Positions 13,661 through 25,652 of a stretch of DNA of 64,000 bases are shown here, piece after piece. Positions within the stretch are counted from its first letter, which is position 1. Each line of letters opens with the position of its first letter. The stretch is from Massalongia carnosa (lineage: Eukaryota), in NCBI GenBank assembly GCA_965645245.1, contig OZ287081.1:434001-498000 (forward strand), read 5' to 3'. The translations under genes were made by a program, and so were the position numbers. The notes under the pieces are model-generated. The model ran no database searches, had not been told where the DNA came from, and was given only the letters and a program-made list of their open reading frames with translations.

Positions 13661-14323
13661 ATGTGCTTCCCAGCCATCATCGTAGAAACTCACAGCATCC
13701 GTACGAAACCAAATCCACCTCTTCGTCCGCTTTCCAGAGCCTTCGCGTCTCCTCCTCCCCGGGAGTTCTCGGGACCGCCGATATACATCACGCGCGCACC
13801 CTCGTCATCGATTCGTTACTCGGTGCCCATCGAATACGTAGGGTCGACAGGGCATAAGCGGACGCACAGCGGTAGCACTACCGGGGCAGTTGAAAACAGC
13901 AACTCGCAAGGTCCGGCGGGAATGAGGCCATCTTCAGCGCCTCCATCAGTAACCGCTCCGCTACCAGCGCCGCCCTCTGCAGCCCCAGCCCTTCCTGCAC
14001 CAGCCCCTGCACCACCATCACCATTACCCCCGCCTTCCCCATCTCCCATCCAACGTGTTATCAAGCACCAAACCTCCAGCACCCGCGCCCTTCGTTCCGC
14101 CTCGCCTTCTTCGATCACTTCGCATGGTTTCCGCTCCTTACGGCGCAAAGTGTCCGTGCTCTGGGCCAGGGTTGATAGGTTGGACAAGGACAAGGAGAGA
14201 CGGAAGCTTGAGCGAAGTTGGGACCGCGGAGGATGGGAACGGCAGGTGGACCAAAGGCTGTTGGAAGGGAGACTGGCTTATCGCCATGGATTTTCCAGGC
14301 ATGAAAGAGGATACTATTATTGA
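13661..14323 (+). CDS. Hypothetical Pro/Ser-rich protein with short coiled coil (orphan; start uncertain)
   Basis: 220-codon ORF with no recognisable domain. Confidence 0.3.
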   Translation: MCFPAIIVETHSIRTKPNPPLRPLSRAFASPPPREFSGPPIYITRAPSSSIRYSVPIEYVGSTGHKRTHSGSTTGAVENSNSQGPAGMRPSSAPPSVTAPLPAPPSAAPALPAPAPAPPSPLPPPSPSPIQRVIKHQTSSTRALRSASPSSITSHGFRSLRRKVSVLWARVDRLDKDKERRKLERSWDRGGWERQVDQRLLEGRLAYRHGFSRHERGYYY

Positions 14324-14707
14324 TTGCGTGGTTGATGGAGGTGTTGAGCGAAAGGAGATTATCTTTCTTCGGGACTGAAGTGAACAGTTACGATGGTGCT
14401 CGGTACTAAGGGGGTTCGTTCAACTTGTGTTGAATGGTTTTGAACGAATTTTGCTGCGGAACATGACTCCAATCTCATTTTTGACGCCGCAATGGTGTGA
14501 GCATATACATAAGAAATAATGCGCTGCTTAAGAATTTAGCGTTTAAATCGCAATGCACCGCATTGTGGTATGTTTATCAGACGTATTGTGCTGAGCTATA
14601 TCTATTCTGATCCATAGCCTCGTCTATGCTTCCGTTGTCCTGACATGCCCCGACGCTGCCTGAGATCATGTTGAGGAAAACTCATGGAGGGGTTGGGGAA
14701 ACCTTTG

Positions 14708-15223
14708 TTACCCTGCTTCGAGGCTCCCTCCTTGCCGCGGGGGACGAAAACCTTCGAGAGTTGTAGGCCTGGGTATTTGAGATGTAGGAAGACTTTTCGT
14801 CCCGGTGCAACCAACCCCTACGACTTGGTTGCCCACGATCATCATCTTCATGGCTTTACAGCAAGTCCAATTTGAACTGTCTAAACACACCATGCTCGTA
14901 TAGTCGAACCATCCACAGAGGGAACTTCCCTGACGGCAGCAGGCTGGCGATGTCGGCCCCTCGCAGACGTATGGTGGAGGTGGAAGCTGGATATCGGCCA
15001 ACAGCAGAGAAGGGGAGACGGGCTGATTATCGCTTAAGGTCGAGTCAAAGTCGTTCGACAAATCATCAGGGCCCTGAGGGTCGGACGGGTTTTCGGCGAT
15101 GAGGTTCCTAGTGTCCGAGCTGGGAAGCCAGTTTGTCGAAAGATTCGGGGTTTGAGGATAAGGAATGCCATTGACGACGCCGAGCGCGACAAGAAGAGAC
15201 AGCAATCGCACAAAGAGGATCAT
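14708..15223 (-). CDS. Small secreted 8-Cys protein, hydrophobin-like Cys pattern
   Basis: Signal peptide MILFVRLLSLLVALGVVNG followed by C-x7-CC-x6-C-x9-C-x7-CC-x16-C. Confidence 0.7.
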   Translation of the reverse strand: MILFVRLLSLLVALGVVNGIPYPQTPNLSTNWLPSSDTRNLIAENPSDPQGPDDLSNDFDSTLSDNQPVSPSLLLADIQLPPPPYVCEGPTSPACCRQGSSLCGWFDYTSMVCLDSSNWTCCKAMKMMIVGNQVVGVGCTGTKSLPTSQIPRPTTLEGFRPPRQGGSLEAG

Positions 15224-15678
15224 TCTCTGCGACGATGGGTACAGTGAAGGTGGTAACTAACGACGTGAAGAAGGGATGGAAGATACTCCTCACCTTTTAT
15301 GTGCGGCTTGTTTCGATCCCCGGACATTTTGGGTTCGGAGGCGGCACGAGTATACCTAGTACTGTGTATATGGAGTACGGAATTGTGTATTTCTACCATC
15401 ATTAATCCTGTTCTGGTTAGCGTAAAGTTATCCTTATCTTTCCTATACCGAGTAGATGCTAGTACAGAGCACGTGGGTACGGAGTGCAGAGTTTTACGCT
15501 CTGCAAGAGGTACAGGGGACCAAGGCAGGGGTACGCTGACCAATCAAATTGGTAGAACACTGTGGAATGTTCTCGAATCTAGGCCCAAATAGTCATATCT
15601 ATATCTGAAAATTCATACGAGCAAGTATGGAGTCATCTACGAAAGAGTATAATTCTTCAACTACACGAGACGATCGTG

Positions 15679-18600
15679 ATGATGATGATGATGATTATTC
15701 TTATTCCGATGTGGTACCGGCCAAAGGCCGGCCCATGCGGGCGAGTCTATCTAGTTTTATAGTACATGGAAAACCTTTTGAGGAAGAAAAACCATGCAAT
15801 CCTGTGTCCGGCCGAGGACCCTCTGGGTCCCAGCCGTGTGCTCCATGAAAAAACCTTTGACCTAAGACAAGTATGAAAAATGAAACAAAGCATGCCTACT
15901 GTTAGCAGTATAGATGCTATGCTGTCAGCGAAAATTGTAACAACAAACCTGTCTTCATTAGCCACTTTGTGACTAATTTCATTGCTTTAGATGACTCAGT
16001 GATTAATCGATAGTTGTTTGTGCCTACCGTATTTAGCAGGGTTTTCTGTTGTCGTTGAGTTTGCAAAACATGATCACATGTTTTGCAGTCTGTTTGTGCC
16101 AGCCGCATGAGCAGTTCGGGGACGAGACGTCTGGGACTCAGTGTCTATGTAGGAAGGCGGCTAGGCCTATCTTTTCTGAGCGTATCTGAATGGCTAGCGC
16201 GCTCTCCGCTTTGGCTAGAGTTTCGTACAATTTGATGCGTTTTTTGGAGAGTGAACCTGATTGTGCCGGGGTGGGAACGGGTGTGCGTTCCTGATATGAT
16301 CTCCACGAGGCCTGCCATGCAACTGTGTGTCGTTTTTTTATTTGAGCAGTTATTTTGTTATGAGCGGCGCGTGCCTCCCCTATTTCTCGGGCGAGATTCG
16401 GGGGGGATTCGGCCCATGGTGGATTTGGTGTCGGTGTTGGAGGGTTATGTGCCTCCGATGTGATTCTCTTGGCCCAGGCGTATTTCAGCGTTCCTGGAGT
16501 GATGACTGGGGCCCTCTTGCGTCCTGCCCGACCTCGAAGTTTATTGGCTATTTTGTTGCATGCATTTGTGATGAAACTCTTTTGGCCATTTCGACACAGG
16601 CGTTGTCTGGTCTGGGCCTGTAGTTGATCTAAATGTATGTCAATTGAGGCTATAAATGTCTCTGCTTCTAGTACAGCTATGGGCGTTGCTTTGAAGGCTC
16701 CGGCTATGTTTCTTAGACATTTGTTTTGTATGACAGCCAGTTTGTTTGAGATGACGTTTGATTTTTGAATTTCTTTTGGCATGTGCCAAATGGTGGAGCC
16801 GTACGTCATGGCCGGCCGGACTACGGCGGTGTAAACCTGGTGTGCCTTTAGAAGAGTGGCGCCCCATGTGGAGGTGGATATTTTTGTCAATGCCCTGGAT
16901 TGTTTTGTCATTTTTTCCTGGATTTTCCTTGTGTGAGCACCCCATTTCAATTTTGAATCGATTTGAAGTCCTAGAATTCTGATGTCTGTCTTTGGTTTTA
17001 TGATGTTATTTCCTATTTGAATAACAGTGAACATGTTGAATTTCTCCGGATTTCTTGACAGATGTATCAATTCGTATTTCTTCGGAGCGAAGACTGAACC
17101 ATGGTCGACTTGCCCATTTTTCACATTTTTTGTGAATTACCTCTAGCGTCTTGCAATTTTCTTCGGTGCTTTTTCCGTATGCTAGCACATTGATGTCATC
17201 TACGAAGCCTAGAGCACTCGTGTTGCTGCCTGGTCTTCACATATGTCTAGTAGGTCTGCATTGTAGAACAGATAAAGAATAGGAGAAATGGGGGAGCCTT
17301 GTGGGATTCCGGTTTTTACATCGAATATGCCCGTGACTCGGCTGTGAATCGCCAGGGTAGTGGTTCTTTCATTCAGAAAACTGTTCACCCAGTCAGTGAT
17401 CCATTTTGGGATTTTCCTTTTGCGAAGATTGTGAATCAGTCTTCGATGTGTCACTGTGTCATAGGCTCCTGTTACGTCCATGCTCAATAATGTGGCTACT
17501 TTGTCTGTGCCTTGGCCCCACACTGTATGAATTTGTTCAGTCAACAATTCTAGTGCAGATTCGGTTGATCTTCCTCGTCTGGCGCCCATCTGGGTGTCGG
17601 GCAGGAGTCGGTGGGTTTCCGCTAGATGCGTTATTTTTTGTGACATGATGGATTCCATTACTTTTCCAAGCGTGTTTAGGAGTGCTATAGGTCGATAGGC
17701 GTTTGGGGCCGAATAGTCATCCTTGCCTGTTTTCTTGAGCGTGATTGTGTTGGCGGTTTTGATTGCACGAGGATGATATGCTTGTTCTACACATGCTTGA
17801 AACAGTGGGGTGAGTAATTCGACTAGCTTTTCCGAGCATGCCTTTACAATTCTGTTAGCTATTCCGTCCGGACCCGGGGCCGTATCGGGCTTGAGTCGGC
17901 GTATGGCTTCCATCACCTCTAGTTTGGTTATGATCATTGGACATTGTGGCGGGCTGGGGTAAAATGAACCCTCTATGTCGCTGAGGTCGGCCGGAGGGGC
18001 GGGTGGAAAGAATTTCTGTTTTAGCATGTCCGATTTCTCCTCGAACGTCTCTGCTACTTGGTCGTCTCGAACGAGATTGGGCATTTTGGGAATTTCTCTT
18101 GTCTGGTCACTTTTGTCTTTCGCCCATTTGGCTAGTCGCCAGAGACCAGTAGGCGATTCGGTGGCTTTTTCTATTTCCTTGCGGAACGACAGTCTTTTAG
18201 CCTTTTGAATGATTTTTTGTTTTCTGTGATTGGATTTTGTGTATGTTATCCAATCAGAAATGTCTCTGGAATTGGACCAGACACGTCTGAGCCTACGAGT
18301 TTCTTTCGTGATCCCACTGCATTCATCATTCCAAAAGGGTTTGGCGTACTTACTGGGTCTAGCCCAAGGTACAGAGGTTTCTATCACTTCTTGAAGAAAT
18401 TTTTGAATTGACACGGTGTAAGCATCGATTTCGGCAGGGGATCCGGGGGTCTTCGGGGGGGGCGCCCTCTTTTCCGCTTCTCTCAGTTTTCTCATGTTCG
18501 TCAGTTTCCCGGCCCTGCGTTCTCTGATTGTTTGAACCTCACTGTTCAGCGCAATTCGGGTGGAGATCGGAATGTGATCGGACGACTGATTGAGTTCCGG

Positions 18601-20942
18601 TCTTGACATGCAATGTTCTAGTCTATCCGTTAATTCTTCTGACATGAATACAAGATCGATTGTGCTAGACGATTGTCTAGCCTCCCATGTAATGGTGCCT
18701 TTTGGAAGTGTTAGTGATAGATTTGCCTCTTCAATTATGTTCAGTAATTGTTCCGACTCCGCATGTTGAGTAGGCCTCGACGAATGATTCCACAATGGAT
18801 GATCTAGGTTGAAGTCGCCCAGTAAAATGTGTTTTGTCTCTGCAATTAATTGGCGTTTCACTGTTGCTAGCGTGGACGGACTGTCTATAGAAGAATAGGA
18901 AATGGGAGAGGGATTATACACATTGTGGATGTGGATCACGTCTGATGTGTTTCCAATTTTCATTCGAATTTTTAGGGTGCACATGTCGGCCGACGGATAC
19001 TCTACTTCCCAGCTATCAGGGTCAATAGTATCATTTATGTAGAAACACACTCTGGTGTCTCCATTTGGGCGATATAATAAATGAAACCCACTTTGATGAG
19101 AGCTTAACGTGGTAGGAATAGATGGATTGCGCCAGGGTTCCTGAATTGCGATAATGTCATAGTCTTGAGTGTTCGGATCGGCTAAGAGGGGTAACATTGT
19201 ACTCACTCTGTCATTTCTGACATTGTACTGCAATATGGAGAGAGATTTCGTGTCCCTCATAGGACGTCCATTGATTCGGCCTAGGAGGTCGAGGGGTCGT
19301 TGGTGGTGTTGTTTGCTCTGATTATCGCCGGGGCAGTAGATACAGCTCGGGTCTGAATGGGGGTCTACCTAAAACTGGTTTTGCAAGGGCCTTTGTCATG
19401 TTTTCTGGATTCATGATGCCCGTGTCAGCCCAGGATGTTCCCGTTCGTGGGGGATTCGGGGGGGTATTGGAGGAAGGTGCGGTTTTCCTCTTTTTGCTGT
19501 TTGTGCTGCCAAGGACCGGGTTGATGTTTTCGCTCTGGAACCTGAACGGGGCCGGTACGGGGGCGACTACTGGGTAGAATGGGACCCGTTTTTGCATGGC
19601 CCTCTCTGCTTTGCGTTTTTCGACTTTCCTGATTTCGCAGGATGTTGACCAGGCTTCGTGTTTCTTTTCACTGCATGCAGCACATCTTCGATATCTACCT
19701 GTTGTTTCCATGTTGCATTCGGTGCTAGGGTGAGCCCAGCACAGTGACCGCAGGCGGTGGGGTTGGGACATGATCGACCTATATGACCATATTTGTGACA
19801 ACTAAAACATTGCGTCATGGTGCATCCCTTTGTGAATATTTCACAGTCTTTGATTTCATAGTCGATTATGAGACCCTCGGGTATAACCCGATTGGCCGTT
19901 TCGGCGGTGGCGACTTCCATATGTAGCGTGGAGAACGCCTTCTTTTCCCTTATAGCCCTGGTGGACCATGCTATTTTCTTTATCTGCAGGTCCGGGTGCA
20001 GGCGTGCGTTAGCGGTCTGCAGGTACCCTATGGCCTGCGACTGGTTGGCGGTTTTGATGTGTTCCATCTTGACACCATTTACTCTGACCGAGTATGTCCG
20101 TGTCTTAATCGCCGCTGAGTCGGCTATTTTTCGGGTCCATTCCGACTTTTCTTGTAGAGTCTTTTTGACTTCTAGTGATTCAGTGTGAATTTTGAGATCT
20201 CCGCTGATGAGTCGCGATACTCCTCGAATCCCCTCCGTTTCTGCTTGTAGTGTCTCCACGAGATCTTTTGTGGGCATGTTCTTTATTTTTTCCTTGTCGC
20301 TTGCGCTGGAAATGACTACGGTCATTGCTCTGGCCTGACGAACTTCTTGTGGTGAGGGTTCGGTTTGTTTTGAAGAAGGGATTGGCTTGGTGCGGCAGGG
20401 AATCGGGGGGGCCTCGGAGGCTTGACCTCTGGTGGCGGCTGCGGAATAGCTGTTTGTGGTTGTTGTGGCTGTCTTAACACTTTCGATACGGGCTAGACTT
20501 CTTTATATTTCAGTCAGGGTGTCGTGAATGGGCTTCGGTATGTTTTCGTTGTCGTTGTCGATCCTTCTCTGATTATCGAGAAAATTTTTCACCTCCTCTA
20601 GAATCCCTGTTCCCTCCGGTTCCCCTCCGTCTCCTATGCCTATCAGAAAGGCATCTAGCTTGTACAGCAGTTGATCTCTCTGCTCCGCGTGCGCGATCAC
20701 GAACTTGTTTTCGAGTTGAATGTTCATCGCGTCCACTGCCGAGATTGATGCGTACACGGAATCCAACCGAATGAGATGTCGCGTACTTCAAAAGTAATTT
20801 CTACAATTGCTTGGTGAGTCCCAATGCTAAGGTTCCTATTGTTGCGAGATTAAATGATGAGTTTTATACTTCTAATAACTTATTTTCGAGGGTTTTCAAG
20901 GGTATTCCAAATATATCAAATGACCAGGTCGAAGATCTTCCA
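15679..20942 (-). mobile_element. Near full-length Tad1-like LINE (non-LTR retrotransposon), frameshifted
   Basis: ORF1 gag with CCHC knuckles (CFSCHKYGHIGRSC). ORF2 has an APE endonuclease (LQYNV, IAIQEPW, LLGDFN, SDH), RT (APGPDG, YRPIALLNTLGK, GIPQGSP, FVDD) and a C-terminal CCHC. (CAT)n tail. 14-bp TSD ACGAGACGATCGTG at 15665-15678 and 20943-20956. Confidence 0.95.
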
Positions 20943-21065
20943 ACGAGACGATCGTGTAGCTATTAAAACAGCGCTTTTATTCAATATGCCCTACAATGAT
21001 ATTCAGAAAAAATTGAATGTAACACGAGATCAAATATCATACGCACGCAATTAGCTGGTGGAATA

Positions 21066-22961
21066 ATCGTCGGCTAGTCGCTCGCTTAATCCTCTCCCTC
21101 CAAGAAGCATTCGCTTCTAGTCGGGGAAAGCAAACTTCGTAGGAAAGCGAAGCTTCGTAGGCTCGCAAAGTTAAACCACCACCACATCACTAAAGCACCA
21201 CCGCATCATTTAAATTACTATTACATTTACTATCACATCGTTAAATTACTATTGCCGCTTTAATAAAGAGCTGAAACCTTGTAATATCCTAATTGTTCTT
21301 GTACATCATTGTCAGACTCGTTGCCTCTATCAGTATCGTCTTCATCAAATGGCAGGAAATCTCTTTGCAAAGAAGAATCACCTGTAACATCTGTGATGAA
21401 TGTTGTCTCCGCCTCATCTTCATCTTCATCTTCATCTTCATTATGATGATGAGGTATTCATACTCCGATATGTCACCGGCCGTAGGCCGGCCCATGCGGG
21501 CAAAGCTATCTAAGTTATGTTACATGGAAAACCCTTTTCAGGTGTAAAAACCATATCCCTTGATACCTGTCCGATGTGACACCGGGTCGACGTCGGACAG
21601 GAGACGCAGAGCGAAAATTTTGTGAGAACTGTGACGCCTTGTGAGATAAGGAAAAGAGAAGTGAAACTACTGTTAATTGTACAATAGTGTAGATGCCAGT
21701 GAGAATTGGGTCAGTAGACCTGTTTTCATTAGCCAAGTAGTTAATATCTTTAGAGTTTTTGATGTTTCGGTCAGCTGTTGATAGTTGTTCGTGCCAGCGG
21801 CGCGAAACATCTGTTCTCTATTGTCAATAAGTCTACAGAACATAATTACATGTTCTGGAGTTTGTCTGTGCCAGCCACATGGGCAGGCCGGTGAGGTGAC
21901 GGCGGGGACCCGTCGCTGGTAGAGGAAGTCAGCTAGACCGATCTTACCGGTGCGGATCTGTGTTGTCAGGGCGCTTTCTGCCTTTTTTAGCAGCGTGTGT
22001 ATTTTCAGTCGTTTTTTGCTCAGTGGGACTGATTGCGCTATGGAGGGTTCGGTGACGCGATTTTGATATGCGCTCCACGAGTCGTTCCAGACTTTCAGCT
22101 GTCGTGCTTTAATTGTCTGAATTTGTTTTTGACGAGCCAACGCTGCTACGGAGACTTCGCGGAGATGCGCTGGGGAGGGGTCGGACCATGGTGGGTGTGC
22201 TTTGGGTGGTTGAACGATTTTTGCGTCGATCAGTAGGTTTTTGGCCCAGGTGTGCTTCAGCTCTCCCGGAGTGGGTTTTTGAAGGCGTTTGCGACCTGCC
22301 TTGCCTTGAAGTTTGTTAACTATTTTGCTACATGCGGATTTCATCTTCATTATATACTTGAGATTTAGTCTTTTTCGTTTTCTTTCTCTCTTCTTCTTGC
22401 CAAGTAACATCTGTTGCCTTCCAAATTGCTTCGGGATCGGGAATAGGAATAAGATGCTCGGAGGAAATAGCAAGATCTTGTTTTGAAAGCTCTTTAATTT
22501 GTCGTAAACGATTTCTTTCTTGCTTTCGAGCAATCACTCCTTCTGCATATTTGGCGTCTCTTTTTGTTAGAAGAAGATTTCATATCAGAAAAAGAAGATT
22601 TCTTATCAGTCGCAATAGAGCTGTACAACGTTGTAGGCCGAATTTTGAATATCTGAGCTGCGCATGCAGTTCGTTCGTCAGGATTTTCCAACAAGAATGT
22701 TTTAGCATCACTAATACGTGTTTGTAAGGATACAGAATCTATTGTAGATATAGATAACAATGGTTTATGATGTGATAATAATATAATAATGTGATAATAA
22801 ATGTGATAGTAATTTAAATGATACGGTGGTGCTTTAGTGATGGGGTGGTGGTTTAACGTTGCGAGCCTACGAAGCTTCGCTTTCCTACGAAGTTTGCTTT
22901 CCCCGACTAGAAGCGAATGCTTCTTGGAGGGAAAGGATTAAGCGAGCGACTAGCCGACGAT
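21066..22961 (-). mobile_element. Non-autonomous (internally deleted) pogo/Fot1 element
   Basis: ~170-bp TIRs starting ATCGTCGGCT, with TA TSDs (21064-65, 22962-63). Retains the transposase N-terminal HTH (DAKTFLLENPDE..AAQIF) and C-terminal IPDPEAIWKAT, both homologous to 57388-59484. No DDD core. Confidence 0.9.
21445..22339 (-). mobile_element. 5'-truncated Tad1-like LINE inserted in the pogo derivative
   Basis: ORF2 C-terminus (QIRTGKIGL..CPCGWHRQTPEHVIMFC), conserved 3' UTR and CAT tail. 14-bp TSD TTCATCTTCATTAT (21431-21444, 22340-22353). Confidence 0.92.
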
Positions 22962-25184
22962 TAGATGTAGAGCCGTTATTTAATCAACATTCTACTAATT
23001 TGATTGGTCAACTAACCCCTGCTTTGGTCCCGTGTACCACCCTTCAAGATACGACCGGGGGATACTCTGCACTCCGTACCCACATGTTCTGTACTAGCAT
23101 CTACTCGGTATAGGAAAGATAAGGATAAATTTACGCTAACCAGAACAGGATTAATGTTGGTAGAAATACAGGGATAGTAAGTAGTAGTATAGTTGTAAAG
23201 TCCGATCCGATATCGGCATCCCTTAATGGTCAAGAACACGCAGCGGATCCGTTTTCCACGTGCCCATCCAGGTCGTCGCGCTCTTTCTTTTCGCCCGTGA
23301 GTGGCTCTCGGCCTCCCCAAGAACGTTGTTTAACACGTGACAGCGTCGTCACTCGTCTCATCACTTTTTTAAAAACGAACGTTTCCGCTCATCACGTGGT
23401 TTCGTGACGTGTTCTCGCGCCTGGGATTCTTTTCCTTTTCCTTTTCCTTTTCCTTTTCCATTTCTTGATTTCTTCCTCTTCCTCTTCCTTCTCTATATTT
23501 CCCTCCTCCCCGATAGTGCAGGGAACGCGGAAGGGGCGAGAGAGGTTTTCAAACGGGAAGTAACTAGAGAGGAACAGGTAGATGTGCAAGATAAGTAGGT
23601 AAGTAAGTAGGTACCTTGGTAGGTAGGTAGAGAGGAACGTCCATGAAAAGATGAGATGAAGAAAACATAGAAATACAAAACCAAAGAGACAGACAGGAGA
23701 CCAAGTCCAGATACATACCGGAAATGGAGATAGAGATAGACAAGAGGAACGATCTCAAGAGACGAATAAATAAAAGAAGCGAAATACGAACAGGTGAGGT
23801 TTCTCAGCGACGAATCGAGAACGTGCAACATATCGTAACGTGAACGATGTCAAATATCCAATTCCGAGGGGAAGTAAAACGTGCGCTTTACGGAATCTCT
23901 CGAACACCTCACAATAACAGTCAAAAAAGAGCTTGGGGAGCTGAACACAGCATTAACCGCAGCTGATAAGGAGGAGGAGAAAAAGTACCAAAGGGATCCA
24001 AATGAAGGACTTTACATTGACATTCTCACTCCCAATCAAGCATTCAGATCTCTCTGTATCATCACGCACCATTACCAGATCTTTTATCGCTGGGTGTCTA
24101 AGTTTGGAGAGCTGGAAAGAAGTTGGCAGGAGAGGACTAGAACCGCATTATCCTCCATTTCGGTTGTCTCGTGTTTTCCAAGAGCAAATCTTTCCCGGTC
24201 AAAGGATCATCAACAGAAAGGCAAGAACTATCCGCATGAGGGGAATTTGCCACTCACGATGGTTTGGAATATATCCTTCGGGATTTTTCAGAAAAGACGA
24301 GATCACATAAATATTCAGGGTAGCGTTTCTTAATTGAAGCCACGCAGGCTCGGCAGCAAGGACGGTTCTCAGAGTCGATTAGGGTGTTAACACGATAGAT
24401 TATAGCGAACGGAGACTCCCTTTGAACGACCATTTCAGCCACGTCTGAAATCCCTACTCATTGACGCTATAACTAATGTTTATGGGTTTGAGGCAAAGTC
24501 CTATGACAACGCTTATTTTGATCTATGATCTTTGATACCCTACGATGAAACATTCTCAGATCACTGTCATGTCTACTATATGAAGGGGGTGCAAGGCCGA
24601 AAGCCATTGATTTGCGGTCCAAACTTCCCGCCTACGTTCTTCGTCCAACCTTTCCCTTCCCGGATCAATAACTATAAATACCGTCTCTGAATCCCCGAAA
24701 GTCGGGAAGCAACCATGAAAAGCCTCTGAGTTTATCGCTGGCAGGAGTACTTCTTACTTCCTGTTAGCTACTACTGAAGAGCTCTTCCATCCTGTTCATT
24801 GTGACTGATATTGAAATATTTCATTTCTAGACTCTTGATCGCTCTTGCTGTTTTGCCTTGTCTACCTATGTTACTAATTGATGTGGCAAAATATGAGGCA
24901 GCGACCCGACGCTTTGGAGAGTTTTCACATGGCAAATTTATCCTTTTAGTTGATCCTTAGTGCGATGGAATATCGGAATCATATTTTTACTTTATGCTTT
25001 CACCCCACTCTCATTTTCCGAGTTATAAAAAAGAGAATTTCCCTCCCAGCCGAAGGACAAAGTACACACCTTTAACTTCAATTCCCCTTTCTTCCACAAT
25101 TCCACCGCCACAAAACCTCAATAATCTTACCCCCTTGTCTAACCGACAAAAACAAAAAACTCAGGCCTCTCCATCCTCAAAATC

Positions 25185-25652
25185 ATGGACTCTACTGCCC
25201 TCGTCACAGCCGCGGAATTTAACCTCCTCCCCCGCAACCCGCTTTCCCCTTCGGGCCAAATTCCCAACCATTGGCACTTCTCCGTGCGCTTCATCCCGCG
25301 GGCGCCGACCAGCCACGTGCTATTCATCGTCAACCCCACGGCGCGCTATTCGCACGTCGAGGGTCCCCTCCCGCTCTCGCTCATCACTGCGCCCCTGATG
25401 ATCAAAGCCCGCGTGTGGACCAAGGCGCTCCTGCGCGCCTTCCAGAGCGAGCAGCTCCACCGCTTGCGGCCGTGGACCTGGAGCACCGACGATCCCGTCA
25501 TGGCTATCGAGGTAGGCAACGTCATGGGCCTGTGGGGGGTGCAGGACGGCTTGGATCGCGTGGGCATCGCCGGCTTGGAGGAGAGCGCCATCGCGGACGA
25601 GGAGTGGGCTAGGTTCTTGACGCAGTTGGAGACGGGCCTGGGCGGGGTTTAG
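25185..25652 (+). CDS. Hypothetical fungal protein resembling the N-terminal domain of fungal MYND-finger proteins
   Basis: GC3-rich 155-aa ORF with FNLLPR, NHWHFS, VNP..RY.H.EGP and RPWTWSTDD. No MYND finger present. Confidence 0.6.
   Translation: MDSTALVTAAEFNLLPRNPLSPSGQIPNHWHFSVRFIPRAPTSHVLFIVNPTARYSHVEGPLPLSLITAPLMIKARVWTKALLRAFQSEQLHRLRPWTWSTDDPVMAIEVGNVMGLWGVQDGLDRVGIAGLEESAIADEEWARFLTQLETGLGGV

Larger units (their letters stand above)
15390..23166 (+). mobile_element. Internally deleted Tc1-like TIR element hosting nested insertions
   Basis: Diverged ~170-bp inverted repeats (15390-15557 / 22991-23166), each flanked by TA. A transposase-like N-terminus MESSTKEYNSSTTRDDR|VAIKTALLFNMPYNDIQKKLNVTRDQISYA is split by the LINE. 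Confidence 0.6.

Noticed and set aside
21673..22533. 286-aa novel fusion protein
   Set aside because: Chance read-through from an off-frame pogo remnant into a truncated LINE ORF2 across the TSD.
23881..24960. Coding-like segment (150-aa ORF plus broken frames)
   Set aside because: No recognisable motif; possibly a decayed gene but unsupported.
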